DNA of 64,000 nt, from assembly GCA_035221665.1 (NCBI GenBank), contig CM069147.1:43772001-43836000 (forward strand). Reading direction: 5' to 3'. Origin of the DNA: Okamejei kenojei (lineage: Eukaryota). This document shows, piece after piece, positions 50,325 to 63,500 of this stretch. The notes below the pieces were generated by a model. The model was not told the origin of the DNA. It was given only the letters and a program-made list of their open reading frames with translations, and made no database searches. Numbering within the stretch: the first letter of the stretch is position 1; every line of letters starts with the position of its first letter. The translations under genes were made by a program, and so were the position numbers.

Positions 50325-50653
50325 GGCGGCATGGTGGCGTAGCATGGTGAGCTACTGCCTTACCGCAGCAGGAGCCCGGGATGGATCCTGACTAAGGGTG
50401 CTTCTCCGTACTGAGTTTGTACGCTCTCCCTGTGATCTGCGCGGGTTTTCCTCGAGGTCTACGTCTTCCTCCCGCACTGCAAAGACGTACAATTTTGTAG
50501 GTTAATTTTACTTGGCATAAAATGTGAAATTGTCCCTAATGTGCGTAGGGTGGTGTTAATGTGAGGGGAATGCTGGTCGGTGTGGACTCAGTGGGCGGAA
50601 GGGTCTGTTTCCACGTTGTAGCTCTAAACTAAACAAAACAAAACTAAACTAAA
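50325..50653 (+). mobile_element. HE1-like SINE inserted in an ancient CR1 (~50000-50960)
   Basis: Head, V-domain and (CTAAA)n tail. The flanks have decayed CR1 ORF2 similarity. Confidence 0.85.
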
Positions 50654-51062
50654 GGTAAGATTGGAAAGGCTTGGATAGTTTATTTTTGGCGCAGAACAAG
50701 GACCGTGAAGATTTTGATAGCTGAGGCAAATTGCAGTGAGGAACATAACCAGAATCCATCAATATATGATAGCCACTAAGAAATCAGAGAGGTTTCTGAA
50801 TAGGAATCTTCATCCAAGAAATGAATAACACATGAAATTATCAATCATGCGGGTTAGCAGATTAAAAAGACTATAGCTTCTTTTGAGTAGATACTAGACC
50901 AGCATATGGGGATGAAGAGAATTGAGGAAAATATGGATGAAAGGTGAGGAAGAATGGAAGAGAGCTGAAGTTGAGCATAAACGTAGGTGGAGCACAGATG
51001 AACAACACAATTCTGTGTTGCGTGTATGTAAATTCTTGGAAATGTCAGCAGCACAGCTCAAC

Positions 51063-51685
51063 TTTACTACTTGACTTCTCCAAAGGAATGCAAGGAGGAC
51101 GAGAGCATCAAATGTTGGGAGTCTACAATTTCATTACTAGATCTGATGCATGAAGATCTCCATTACTTCATTGTCATTTACATGTCTATTGTAAACTTAT
51201 CTGCATTAGGCCCTTTGAAGAAAAGAAAATCAAACGTTATATATGGTAATTATCATAGATTAAATTGCAATGAAGGTGACATGTCATCTTCTGATATGTT
51301 TAAAGGACACCACCATTAAGAAGCCTGCCCAGCGTGGCCCAGTAATAGGCCATGTATATAATCCTTTTAAAAATGTACTGACTGTTCAATATTACAGCAC
51401 GACACTTTGTCTTCAACTTTGTATAATGCACAAGGCATTTAAACATTCTGGACACTTAATAGCACATCTATTTAATACTGAAAAGATAATGGCTATAAGA
51501 TTGCTTTTAACATTACAATGTCTACCTTAATATTCCAAAATTTACTATTTGACTTCTCCAGGGGAATGCTAGAAGGACAAGAGTATTAAATGTTGGGAGC
51601 CACCAATTTATTTTCTAGATCTCATGCATGAAGATCTCCATTGCTTCATTGTCATTTCCATGACTATTGTAAACTTATCTGCATT
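51063..51685 (+). repeat. Diverged 145-bp direct repeat (51063-51207 and 51541-51685)
   Basis: Both copies read TTTACTAYTTGACTTCTCCA..TAGATCT..GCATGAAGATCTCCATT..CTATTGTAAACTTATCTGCATT, with no net length difference and scattered substitutions. Confidence 0.9.
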
Positions 51686-52149
51686 CCGCCCCCTCCCATT
51701 CACACACAGACCTTTCCATGCTGGGCCTCCTCCACTGTCAGAATGAGGTCCAATGCAAATTGGAAGAATAGCACCTCATATGTTGTTTCGGCAGCTTACA
51801 ACCCAGCGGTATGAATATCAACTTCGCAAACTTCAAGTAACCTTGCTTTCCCTCTATCTCCATCCCTCCCCCATCCTAGTTCTCTGACCAGTCTGACTGT
51901 CCCCTTGATTGCATTTTTATCTCTGTATACTTTGTTGTCACCTTCTCCTAGCTAACAATGATCTATTCTACATTGTCCTTGGTCTCCGTCCACTTTGATG
52001 TTTCGTCTTCACACCTTACCCGTCTTTATCTCTGCGTCTCTCTCCTGACCCTCAGTCTGAAGAATGGTCTCCATCTGGAAGGTCAACCATTCCTTCTATC
52101 CAGAGATTTTGCCTGTCCCGCTGAGTTACTCCAGCATTTTGTGTCTATT
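51686..52149 (+). mobile_element. Penelope 3' fragment with decayed hammerhead motif
   Basis: DLSMLGLLHCQNEVQCKLEE*HLI; CTGAAGAATGGTCTCC near 52057; the same terminal sequence as the other copies. Confidence 0.85.
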
Positions 52150-54111
52150 CCAAAACAGGTGTATTTTACTTGGGGCCCTCAGAACAATCACGCATCTCTT
52201 CTATCCTGGAGTTGCGCTCATTCCAATATATGTGCCACATTTAATGCATTCATTCAGCCAGGAAAGAAGGTTTTGCATGCACTGTTGGATCTCCCAACTG
52301 AAGCGCCAGCCTGAGCCAATCTTGCAAATTGTCATTCTTTTGATTATGAATATTACATTAAAATCTCACAATACTGAAGCCCTTTGGAATTGGCAGTGAT
52401 GTTTGGTATATCAGAGTGTTTACTTAATGATGGCATGACGCCTCACATCTCAAGTGCCCCAAGTTCAGTCCTGACCTCCAATACTGTCTGCATGGAGTTT
52501 TCTTGTCCTCCCTGTGATCATGGCTGCTCCGGTTTCCTCCTGTATCCCAAAGTCGTGCTGGTTGCCGGTTAAGTAACCAAAGTAACATCTGGCCAGGAGT
52601 GCCAGGAATGACTGGGCATCTGAGAGAGAATAAGTTACCAGGAGTAGGATTGATGGAGTGTCTCTGAGAGCTGGCATGGAATTTATGGCCTCCTTCCATG
52701 GTGTTATGGATATGAAATAGGTTGATCATTAGTTACTTAAGAACAATGATGAAATTGGACATTGATTGCTGTATAGAAATCATTACCTTGCATAATTTAT
52801 CTGTAGTTAACAGTCCCAGTAGATCCTCATTTCTCGGAATGAATGGTAATGTTTTGGCATTTGCGCACAATAATTGCTTGGCACTGGCAAGGTCTGGTTG
52901 CTTGAAAACAGCAGTTGATTGCATGATATAAAGATTTTCATAAGTTGCAGTACTATTAATCTTCTGAATTGCCATTTCATGTTGAATAGTAGATTTGACA
53001 TTCCCCAGAGCCTCTCACATAGCATAAGGGCGAGTTAAAACAGATGATTCGACTTGTCTAATTACAAAAGAGGCATGGTATCAAAATATAGCATGTTAAT
53101 TGTTTTGTGGGTAAACAAGGGCTGTAGTGTTCTGGCCCAGTGAAGATGGCAAACATGCTGGAAGGCAGTAACTGGGTGCTGTACGGCTGCCAATGTCATT
53201 GAGGTGAATTCCATGCATGTTTCTGGTGCTGCCAAAAGTTCTGATGGAAAATTAGAGGACAGCTTTTCCGGCTGCAACTTCTTATCGAGTCCACATCACA
53301 AGATTAGAAATTGTTCAGCCAGAGCTGAACACACTTCCCGGCATCTGCATACAATAGCGTCTTGTGCTTCTTGTGCGTAGTGGTGGTAAGTGGTGGAAAC
53401 AGTGCCTCGACATGAGCGCTCTTGACCCTACTGGTTGTAACGAAGGACCAAATTCAAAGAATTAAAAAAAAACTCTGGGTTTGAATTTAGTTTTCACTGT
53501 AAAACCCCTTTAATTCGGGGTGGGAGTTTGAATAACTAGATTAAGTGATAATTGGCAGAGTTTGTTGGTAGGTAGTGGTGGGTGGTTGATACATTGAGAA
53601 GTGTCTGAGACTACGGGCAGAATTGGTGGGAAATGGCATTTGAGGATGCACTCACTGAACCATTCTTTTTTGCAGCTTTGCTGTATTCTCCTTGGGGTAT
53701 GGTTCCTGGCAATTATTAATTAATTAATTAATTGATTGATCATCATTGAAAACATTAGCGACGCAGTGGAGCTGGTTTCTAAGGGGACGGCGACGGACGC
53801 ACCCATACATCTCTGTCCTCCAGTTCCTGCGGACCTCCGCCGCTGGAAGTTTAGGATTTTGGTGTGTGTGGTGCTTTATCATCATTCCTTACAATGCTAT
53901 GTCGACAGGTCTTGTTCTTGGTCCTGCTGGGGGTCCACAGTCCCCGCGTCGCCCGGCAAACCAGGTGGGGGAGACGGTTTAGTCGTCGACAATCCGACCA
54001 TGGAGCAGGTAGCCCGGGATTATGTGGCGGGGGTAACTCCTTCCGGCCTGACCTGGCAATAAATTCTACCTACATTTGAAGAGTTTGTGGGGGGGGTACT
54101 CCCTTGCTCCA

Positions 54112-54325
54112 CTCCCTACACACTAGGGACAATTCATCAGAGGCCAATTAAGCTACAAACCCACACGCCTGTCGGATGTGGTAGGAAACCAGATCATCCG
54201 GAGGAAATCCATGCGGTCACAGGGAGAACGTGCAAACTCCACACAGACCAGCAGCTGAAGTCAGGATCAAACCTTCGTCTCTGGCACTGTGAGCCGGCAT
54301 CTCTACCAGCTCTGCAACTGTGCTT
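54112..54325 (-). mobile_element. HE1-like SINE (partial)
   Basis: Antisense V-domain and head. Confidence 0.8.
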
Positions 54326-57156
54326 CCAAGATCTAGGAGCCGACTCTCTTCCATGGTGGGCCATTACTTTCCAAGCCAAAATATCTTCTGTAATGACATC
54401 CAGTACCTTCCCGTGCACTGTGGCAAATGCAGGCTGAATGAAGTAGTTCAGGCTGGTTTCTAGTTATGTTATAAGTTGCCAATTTTTCCACCCCTTTGTC
54501 AAAGCATACAAGCAAAGCAGGCAACAGTGTCATTTAAAATTGGTTGCATGTAATTTGGAAGGTGGCACAAACTTCTGTCTGCATGGGAATCAAGGGTGAT
54601 ATGGACATCGATATTCAATAGTTATCTAATTTAATCCTCAAGTAATTTTTATTGCCTACTTCATAATGCAGCATAAAGTAGAAGTTTTCCAACACCACTT
54701 GTTGAAGAATTTTGCAGTTCTAAGGCACCAAACTTCTCGAGCAACCATGGAAAGTTGAATGGTTTCTATTTGCCTTGTTGGTTTAGAGGATTATATAACT
54801 ACTGACTATTTGTTTTCTTGCCTGTAACCAGTGCAGAAGAGAATGGGGCAGTGTTGATGAATTACATGTTGCTCTAATCAAAATCAGAAATGGACACAAT
54901 TAATTTGAATGATACCTTCGTATGATGTAAGATTAGTCAGTGTCTTCTGGACAATATCTCTGGACGATGCTTGTGTTTCCTCCCCCCCCCCCCCCCCCTT
55001 CCCTTCATGTTATCTGCAGCCAACCACTTAGTGTACAGTTGAATCTTTACCACATTCTCCATCATCAAGAGCTGCTTTGTCAGTTTTTTTTTGTTTGTAA
55101 TGGGACATTGGGTGTTAGTTGAACATAAGCCAGGGATTTTTTTTATGGGAAAAGGGAAATTGGAAATCAGGTCACACAATAACCGTTGAAATATTGTTTA
55201 TAGGTTTCTCTGAAGCATTGCTTGTTGGAAACCTTGGAAGAGGTGACTCTCCTGCCCTTTCAAATGGTAAAATCATATGTGAGGTAAAGAATTTTCTTTT
55301 AAAAAAAAAGGAAAAAGTGTAAATGAGAAGAAAACACTCCCAAGATCTTCAGGCATTGATTTTTCCTTTCCTTTTCAGCTACTCACTGTTTCTCTTGGGA
55401 ATCAATAACTTGATGTCTTCAAGCCATTCTTGTCAACATTTTACATGTTATTGATGGCAGTACCCATACCAACTTGCTAAGTGCAGATTTGAGTGGCATT
55501 TATTCTTTTTTTAGGAAATAAATGGGAACATAAAAATAGCTAATGCGATCTACTAAATAGCGATATTGTGTCACCTGTGTTAAACATTAGTTGCTGCATT
55601 TTCCCTTGATTCATACTAAAGGAAAATAAAATAAATTATTAGACCCAGGTGACGTCTACAACCCAAGACCAGCAGATGAAAAAAAAAGAAGCATTTACTT
55701 TCATTATCCTGTTACTATCGTGCCGAAGCAAGGATTTTCTTTTGGGTGACACTGAAGGTATGTAGAATGCTGCTGAGTAGAGGGATATCATCTAGCCCCC
55801 CCCCTCCCCCAAAAAATAGCATAAATCAATAATGGGTGGAGAATATTTATTTAAAGGTGGTGGAATGGTAAAAGTGGAACATTATCTGTCCTGGACCTTG
55901 AGAAATCTTGTTTTAAGTCTAATCCAAAAGGAGGTATAAGTCACTACTTTTTGCTGCCAGCACACAGTCCAGTGTGAAATGGATCTGAGCCTTTTCATGC
56001 TTTGGGAACACAATTCAGCAGCACAAAAGTAGCCTCAAAGCTCACCATTAGTACTTAATAGCTAATAGCCACAGATAACCTTGAGTTTCAATTGCTTGAG
56101 TCCCATTTTGTTTTTTACATTTGGGAAATAAAGATCAAAATATGTTAATCAATCTAATGTGTATTTTAGTACAGGAAAGACTGGTACAATTGCTTTCCCT
56201 GATCTAACGATATTAGTATTAAAATATATGTATTCTGTGTCTTTCATGTAATTTAGTTCAAGTAAGTCATCATTTTACAAAGAACAATAACTTGAGTCAA
56301 TATGTGGTTGAGAATAATATTTGGTGCAAGCTGCAAAACAAGTAGGGTACTCTGAAGATTAAAACACATGTGCAGAAGGCTGTAAATCATACAGCAGTTT
56401 ATAAATTTACATTAAGGCTTCCAACATTTTTATATTGAGCAATGTCTAGCATGCTAATTATATTAGGTCATCATTTTCATCTGGAAGAAAGCGATCGCTG
56501 GCTGTATTTCTATACGGATGGACTATAGAATGGTGGTATGTTGCCAGTTATTGTACTGAGGTCTTGTTTGAATTAGTGTCTGCTAAATGAATGCACCCCA
56601 CTGTGATGTAAAGACTGTGCTCCTAGTGGTTTATACTATCTTTAGTGAAAGGGATATTTATATCTTCCAGACAGGTAATTAATCACTCAGTAGGTTTTTG
56701 GGTACGTGAATTCATAGATCTTTTTGTCCTGCCAACAACCACAAGCATGGCCACAATTAAAATGCTGATTTAATTTATAGCAACAAGGCACGAAATGTCC
56801 ATGTTTAAATGATGCTGACTTAAGAACTACCTACGTATAAATGGAAACAAATGCTGAAAGAAATTAAATAATTTTAATTGCATTTTTTTTTATTCTTGGA
56901 GAACATTTGCAACTCAGTAATGCTACAATAGTTCTGGCTTGTGAGCTTTTTCTTTTGCATTTTCATGACTATAATCACTCTGCTGACCTACTGATTGTTG
57001 ATACTAAAACCTGCATAACTTGCGCATTTAAATATAACTTTCCCTATTTTTAATAGTCAGGGGGTTTGAAGTTTATATAGTAGTCAACCAATAATATTAT
57101 CCAATATGACTTTGCATCCTTTGCATCCATCAGTTATAAGAGAACATCTACCTTAA

Positions 57157-57347
57157 TGGGCCTGTCCCACTTAGGCGACTGCCATGAACTAATTTTAATG
57201 GAAGTCACCTATGACACCTGGTGACAACCTACGACAACACCTATGTCAACCTACGACAACTTATGACAGCAAACATTGTCGCCGCTATCACCAATACATT
57301 TTTCAACCTGTAGTCGCCCAAAATATCGCCTAAGTGGGACAGGTCCA
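57157..57347. mobile_element. PIF/Harbinger-type MITE (191 bp)
   Basis: TIRs TGGGCCTGTCCCACTTAGGCGA / TCGCCTAAGTGGGACAGGTCCA with a perfect TAA TSD. Confidence 0.92.
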
Positions 57348-57406
57348 TAAGAGTCACATTTCTCTCCAGTGTATTTCCATGCAGCCAAGACAAATATGTA
57401 CAGACA

Positions 57407-58341
57407 TGAGGTTCTTGAAAAGACCTACATGACCCTAATCCAGGGGTCAGCAGCCTTGTCCTGCATTGAGGCCGGGATGCATGTCCGTGAGCGGATGGCG
57501 GGCCACATCTATCACGTGTACACATGGATCCCGCCCCCATCCCACCCCGGATGGCAGACATCAAATCACATGTTCACAGAAGGTAGACAAAAATGCTGGA
57601 GAAACTCAGCAGGTGAGGCAGCCTCATGCAATTCTTGCATGTCTCACCCGCTGAGTTTCTCCAGCGTTTTTGTCTCTCTTCGATTTTTCCAGCATCTGAA
57701 GTTCTTTCTTAAACGCGTTCACAGAAGGTGTGCGGCCATGGCGGCTTTGCACAGAATGCGGTACAGCCAAAGCTCGGCCGCTGCCTGGGGCACTTGGCTG
57801 CCGCTTGAGGGCGCTTGGCCACCGCTCGGGGCGCTCGGCGGGCCGGATTATTACGGGAAAAAAAATCCGCCTGCGGGCCGGATGATTTTTGGGTTATGGG
57901 CCTGCATTCGGCCCGGGGACCGTAGGTTGCCGACCCCTATCCTAATCGTACCTTGGCAAACGAAGACTACAGATCACCTCTTGCACTACTATGGACTTGT
58001 TTTTTAAATTTCTTTTTACACTAAAGTCTTGTTTTTTTGTCCACTCTCTTTTTTCTTTCAGTCCCTTGCTAAATGTATGTGCACTTTGTGTATAACTTGC
58101 GCTTTTGTGTATTATCTGTGTCTATGTGCTAATGATGTGCACGGGTTATTGATAGGGGACGATCAGCCATGATCACAATGAATGGCAGTGCTGGCTCGAA
58201 GCGCCAAATGGCTTCCTCCTGCACCTATTTTCTATGTTTCTATGTTTCTATGATGCTGCTGCATGCATTACCGTACTCGTGCATATGACAATAACCTTAT
58301 GGGACTCATGCCTATGACAATAACAACTCAACTTGACTTGA
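57407..58341 (+). mobile_element. Rex1/Babar-like 3' UTR hosting the hAT MITE and a CR1 tail (58140-58252)
   Basis: Colinear with 14200-14497 once the inserts are removed. Confidence 0.7.
57441..57939. mobile_element. hAT-type MITE containing a Penelope fold-back insert (57585-57716)
   Basis: TIRs CAGGGGTCAGCAGCCT / AGGTTGCCGACCCCTA and 8-bp TSD CCCTAATC/TCCTAATC. The inner insert has a 13-bp TSD GTTCACAGAAGGT (57572-57584, 57717-57729). Confidence 0.88.
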
Positions 58342-58914
58342 AACATCTTCTATAGTTTCATGATTGGGAAGAGCTCTGGCTCAGAATTTCTTTAAGTGGT
58401 TGTGGTCGTAATCTATGTTACGTTGAAATTCATCAAAAATAGAGGCAACTGGACTATACTTTTATTTCAAATTTCTTCAAACAGAATTCTACAAACATAT
58501 TACCTTAACACTTCAATGTAATGATTTGAGTTTATATGTTTGCAGAAACTAATAGCTGTGGGTTTGAAAGATTTGATTATTTGGAAAAGTGAAAGTGTAT
58601 ATGAAAGCAAAACACTACACCGACATTTGATGTCATACTTTGTTAAACTTAGTTGACCAAACTAAGTCTCTTTCCATTTAATGGACTCCAAGGATTTTCG
58701 CTTTAGGTTGAGACCACATGAGGTGGAAATAAAGAAAGTGGATACTAATTGGGAAACCAGCCCATAAGCATCACATTTTGATTGCAAACACACCTTGGCC
58801 CTCAGTTTGAGGTACAAGTTTCACAGCAATTAATTTACAAATGAGAAAGAAAATATAAAAATAGTCCTAAATTGAAGCTAAAAAATAGTTTATATTTTAT
58901 CCACATGAATGTGT

Positions 58915-59150
58915 TGAAATTAATAGGGATCTGACGGGTAACCTTCTCACCTAAAGGGTGGTGGGTGTATGAAACAGAGGAGGTAGTTGCGACAGGGACT
59001 ATCCCAACATATAAGAAGTAGTTAGGACAGGTTTGGAGAGATATGGACCAAACGCAGGCAGGTGGGACTAGTGTACTTGGGATATGTGGGCCGGTGTGGG
59101 CAAGTTGGGCTGAAGGGCCTGTTTCCACACTGTATCACTCTATGACTATG
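58915..59150 (+). mobile_element. CR1 3' end
   Basis: Matches 27040-27262; CTATGACT tail. Confidence 0.85.
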
Positions 59151-59324
59151 AATGAAATTAACTTCACTAATTCCAAAACGTAAATTTCTTTACTTGATTT
59201 ATAAAGGCATGGCCAGTTTAACTATTATTGGCAGTGATGGAAAGATGAACATTTTGAACATTTATGTGAGCTCTTCTTTATATAGTGGATGCTTTGTAGC
59301 GATTTAGCAAGTTCTTACATTTCA

Positions 59325-59910
59325 GATCAGCACTTCCTATTCTACCTGGGTAGCCTACGACCCAATGGAATTCTACAATTCCAAGGAACCCGCACCTTCT
59401 CTGTCTCTTTCTCTCTCCTCGAGTCTACCCTGGACCTCTGACACATCCCATTCTTCACACGTCCTCCCCACCCCCCCACTACCACCCTGTTTCTTTATTT
59501 CCCTCTGGCCTCACTCATCCTGCTGGATCCCTTGCCCCCATTCACCTCCTCCCAATTGCATATCCAGCCCTTTCCTCAATTGTTCCTATCTGTCACCACC
59601 CCTCACCCAGTTCAATTCTTTACCTTCCTTTCCATATTCCAGAATCTGCAGCTTTTTTCTCCACTTATCACCTCCCAGCCTCTTTCTATCTCCCCCCTTC
59701 TCCCCCCCGACAATAATCTTCCAGTCAACCATTCCTCATCTTTTTCCACCTATGTTCACTATTGGTGGCTATTCTTGTGCCATCCCTCGTCACATATCAA
59801 TATGCCGGCTGCTTTGCCAGTCTTTCAGTCAAGGTGAAGAGTCTTGACTTCCACTGTCCACAGGCCATTTCCCTCCACAGATGCTGCCTGACTTGTTGAG
59901 CTCCAGCATC
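59325..59910 (+). mobile_element. Ancient Penelope 3' end with pyrimidine-rich spacer
   Basis: CAGCACTTCCTATTCTACCTGGGTAGCCTACGACCCAATGGA resembles QHLIFRLGSLQP.G. The terminal sequence decays into GATGCTGCCTGAC. Confidence 0.6.
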
Positions 59911-60094
59911 TCCACCCTGTGTACACTTGAATGAAACTGCCATAAAATAACCTTTTACTACAAATATGCATTATAAAATAAAATAGAAACAATTCTACTT
60001 TTCCATGATTTTTCTGCTAAAGTTATGGTAGGAAAGAGGACGAACACCTCTGTCTATTTATCTGCTTGTATCAATACATGTACCATGGGCAAAA

Positions 60095-60505
60095 ATCATA
60101 AAGACATTGGAGCAGAATTAGGCCATTCAGCCCATAGAGTCTACTCCCCCATTCAATCATGGTTTTTTTTTCCCCATTCAATCCCATTCTCCTGCCTTCT
60201 CCTCTTAACCCTTGACACTGTTACTCATCAAGAATCTATCAATCTCTGCTTTCAAAATACCCAATGACGACCTCCACAGATGTCTGTGGCAATGAAGTCC
60301 TCAGATTTACCACTCCCTGACTAAAGAAATCCCTTCTCATCTGCATTCTGAGGGTACGTCCTTTGGAGGGATATGGAGGGATTGGAGGGATATGGACCAA
60401 ACACTGGCAGGTGGAACTAGTGTAGCTGGGACATGTTGGCCGGTGTGGGCAAGTTGGGCTGAAGGGTCTGCTTCCACACTGTATCATTCTATGACTATGA
60501 CTCTG
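60095..60505. mobile_element. Two back-to-back CR1 3' fragments (60095-60362 on -, 60363-60505 on +)
   Basis: They match the 3482-type and 58915-type tails respectively. Confidence 0.8.
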
Positions 60506-63500
60506 TGTCCCATCATACATTTAAAAAATGGCCGCTGCCTCTTTATTATAATTGACGCATTTGATATATTGGCAGTATCTACAATGAGAATCAATGAGTG
60601 TCTACAGTGAAATCAAACTAAAATTTTAGCTGTTTCTCTCTCCAGGGATGTGGCCTGACGATGATTTTTTTGAGCATTATCTGTTCATTTTTAAATTCCA
60701 GCAACAGCAGCATGTTACACTTTGACATTAAGGCAGTATTCTATTTTGTTTGTAATATAGTTTGCCTATGAATTCTAGAATGCCCTAAATGTTATGCTCA
60801 AATAACGCAGATGCCATGGAACGATGACTGCTTGGAATGTTGTCCGTCCACTTCAAACTTCAATTACAACAAGAAGCCAGGTCCATGATCACGACAGTTT
60901 GAGCATCGCACACACTTATGGGGAAAATGTAATGTTTGGTCCACTTCTTCTGTCTTCTTCATTATTGTAGCTGATATGGGATGGGGTGGAAGCTCATCAA
61001 TTGATTGGGGGTGTACACAAAATGCTGGAGAAACTCAGCGGGTGCAGCAGCATCTATGGAGCGAAGGAGCAAATTGATTGGGGGTATTGTGTGCTTGAGA
61101 GAAGGGACCAGTTTACATTTGTTACAGGAGTTGGGTGCAGAGGGATTGGGAGAGCGGACTGGAATATCACAGTTGTGGACATTGGGGGAATGGTCAGGAG
61201 TGGAGGTAAGGTTTTTGTGAAGTTCAGGTAAGACTGTGAGATTGGAAACTGGGAGCTGTGGGATATCAGAGGATCAGAGACAGAAAGTTGTAGGAGTGCG
61301 GGGGAATTAAAGATCACTAGTTTATGGATCAGCCGGGGATCAGCAGCTGTAAGTTTGTTAAAGATAATGGGATGTGAGATTAGTATTAGGTGTGGAAATG
61401 GAGTTTACAGGGAAGCGGCATTTCAGAAATTGTAGATTTGTGGTGAGCAGAGGATTGAAGTCTGGGAATTTGTGAAACACAGCATTCAGATAGCAGGAAG
61501 TGCAGGGCATCAGAGATTGGGAGTTTGTTAGGCTGACGGGATGGGCGAGGCAACAGGGGATTAGACACTGGGTATCTGGGGTCAACAGACCTGTAACAAG
61601 TGAGTGGACTGGAGACCAGGCATCTTGAAAAGAACGAGGCTGTCTGGAGAACAGGGAGCGGAGGCTGGATCAGAACTAGTAGCAAAGTTGATCGGGGATT
61701 GCAGGATCAGGATATCCATGGATCTGGAGCAGGGATGTGTCCTGGACATAGTTGTGCAGCCAGAGTTAGGGGGTATTGTTGAGATTATCTGGTTATGAGG
61801 CAATGGGGATTGTGCAAGCCCAAATATGTAGTTTAGAGAGTTATTACCTCCCAGGGAAGCACTCCAGGAGTGGGACACAAATTTGCAGTCTTTAATCTCC
61901 CATTTCTGTACAAACTCCATGTTTCTAATTCCATAGCCGCTCCTCGCTTGCAATCCCATTCACACTGACAAGCTTCCAGTCTCTAATCCCCGCTCTCCCA
62001 CAAACGAATGATCTTTAAACTACCACACTCCCACACACTTCCTGCCTTGAGAGCGCTGAATAACAGATGCCCCTGAGGCAAAGCGCTCCAGGCTCTGCTG
62101 CAGTGTTCCCCAATAGGAGCCGTGCGCAGAGAATGATGTCAACTCTTGCAGCCCAGAAGCAGAAATTGCTTCGGAATCAAGAAAGAGTGCCAAGCCAAAT
62201 GATGTGAATGATGCAAAATGACCTGGAAATGGTCTTTTCCCTGGTTCACTGATGAAAACCTCAAATTTGCATGATGCAGGATAAAGCAATGTTATTCGCT
62301 GTATTTCTAGACATGAAAATAAGAATGCCCTGAAACAAATGTTTTTTGATGTGCTAAAATTAGTAAACATGTCATGCGTTTGTTGATATGAGTACTGAAA
62401 GGCAGTGAACTGGCTTAGACACGTTTACATAAAGGGTTCCTTCCATGTTGTCCAGTTGTGGAATTGCCGTGCTCAACAATATGGAAGCCATTTTGTATTT
62501 AATGAGTGCCAATATAACCATAATTGTCATTTAAAATAAACTTAGCCACTGTAATAATGATATTCTAAGTTATATTAAATAACATTCTGACTATGTATTT
62601 AGTCTGTAACTGAAATTTGGAAGTTGGTTTTGATGTCCTTTTCCAAAGAAAGCAGAACAAAGTGTACATCTGTAGGTAATTTCAAATCAGCTTTGCAATG
62701 GCTGGAGATGCAAAATAAACATGGATTCTATCCACAGTCAACAACATTCGCAAATTTATGCCAAGGAAGCTACTGAAATTTTGGAAATGTGCTTCAGGAA
62801 AGAAAATACAAGCATGAGACAGCAGATGGCGATAATTAAATCCATACCACAAAGTAACTATTGACTTTTTTTTTGGAAAATAATGTCATGGCAAAGATAA
62901 CTACTTGTTCTAATAAGGTAGGTGCAGGGTTGTAATCCCTGGAGGTCTACCCAGCTAACTATCGGCAGGTGACCACAATATTAGGTTTTCAGATGAAAAG
63001 CTTTCTTCGTGTGTTCTGAAGTGCTCCAGTTATTACCCTTTTTTTTTGTTAAGATGTTTTTGTTCGAGCCGGTTTTCTGCAGCTTGGCAGAACACACTGT
63101 CTGGAATTGCACAATTAACAACTTCCTCCCGTGTGGTCGTGTTGAACAGTGACTCCCTGTGCGGGAGGTAACTGTGAATTGCACAGATGCTGTAGAGTCT
63201 TTTTCTGTTTTGAAATATGTTCCAGAAGTGTGACAAATTTGGGTTTAAAAAAAAAACCCCATGGGAGGATACATGTTGAACAGCTGTGATTGAACACTGG
63301 AGCGCAGGAATCGCTGTCCTCTCTGAAGAAGTCAAATTTAAATGAGAAACTTCTTACCATTGAACTTCTAATTTGAACCATATAACAGACTTTTTTTTTC
63401 TTGAAATAATGCCTACATTGAAAAAATATGATTTGTTCTTTTTATATAAAGTAATAAATGTTTGGATGAATTACAATGTGCGCAATCCTGAGTTGGCTTT

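Noticed and set aside
50325-50400. tRNA genes at SINE heads
   Set aside because: These are degenerate tRNA-derived SINE promoters without a full cloverleaf.
57369-58007. 212-aa ORF
   Set aside because: It runs across Rex1 UTR, hAT MITE and Penelope insert junctions, so it is a chance open frame in GC-rich repeats.
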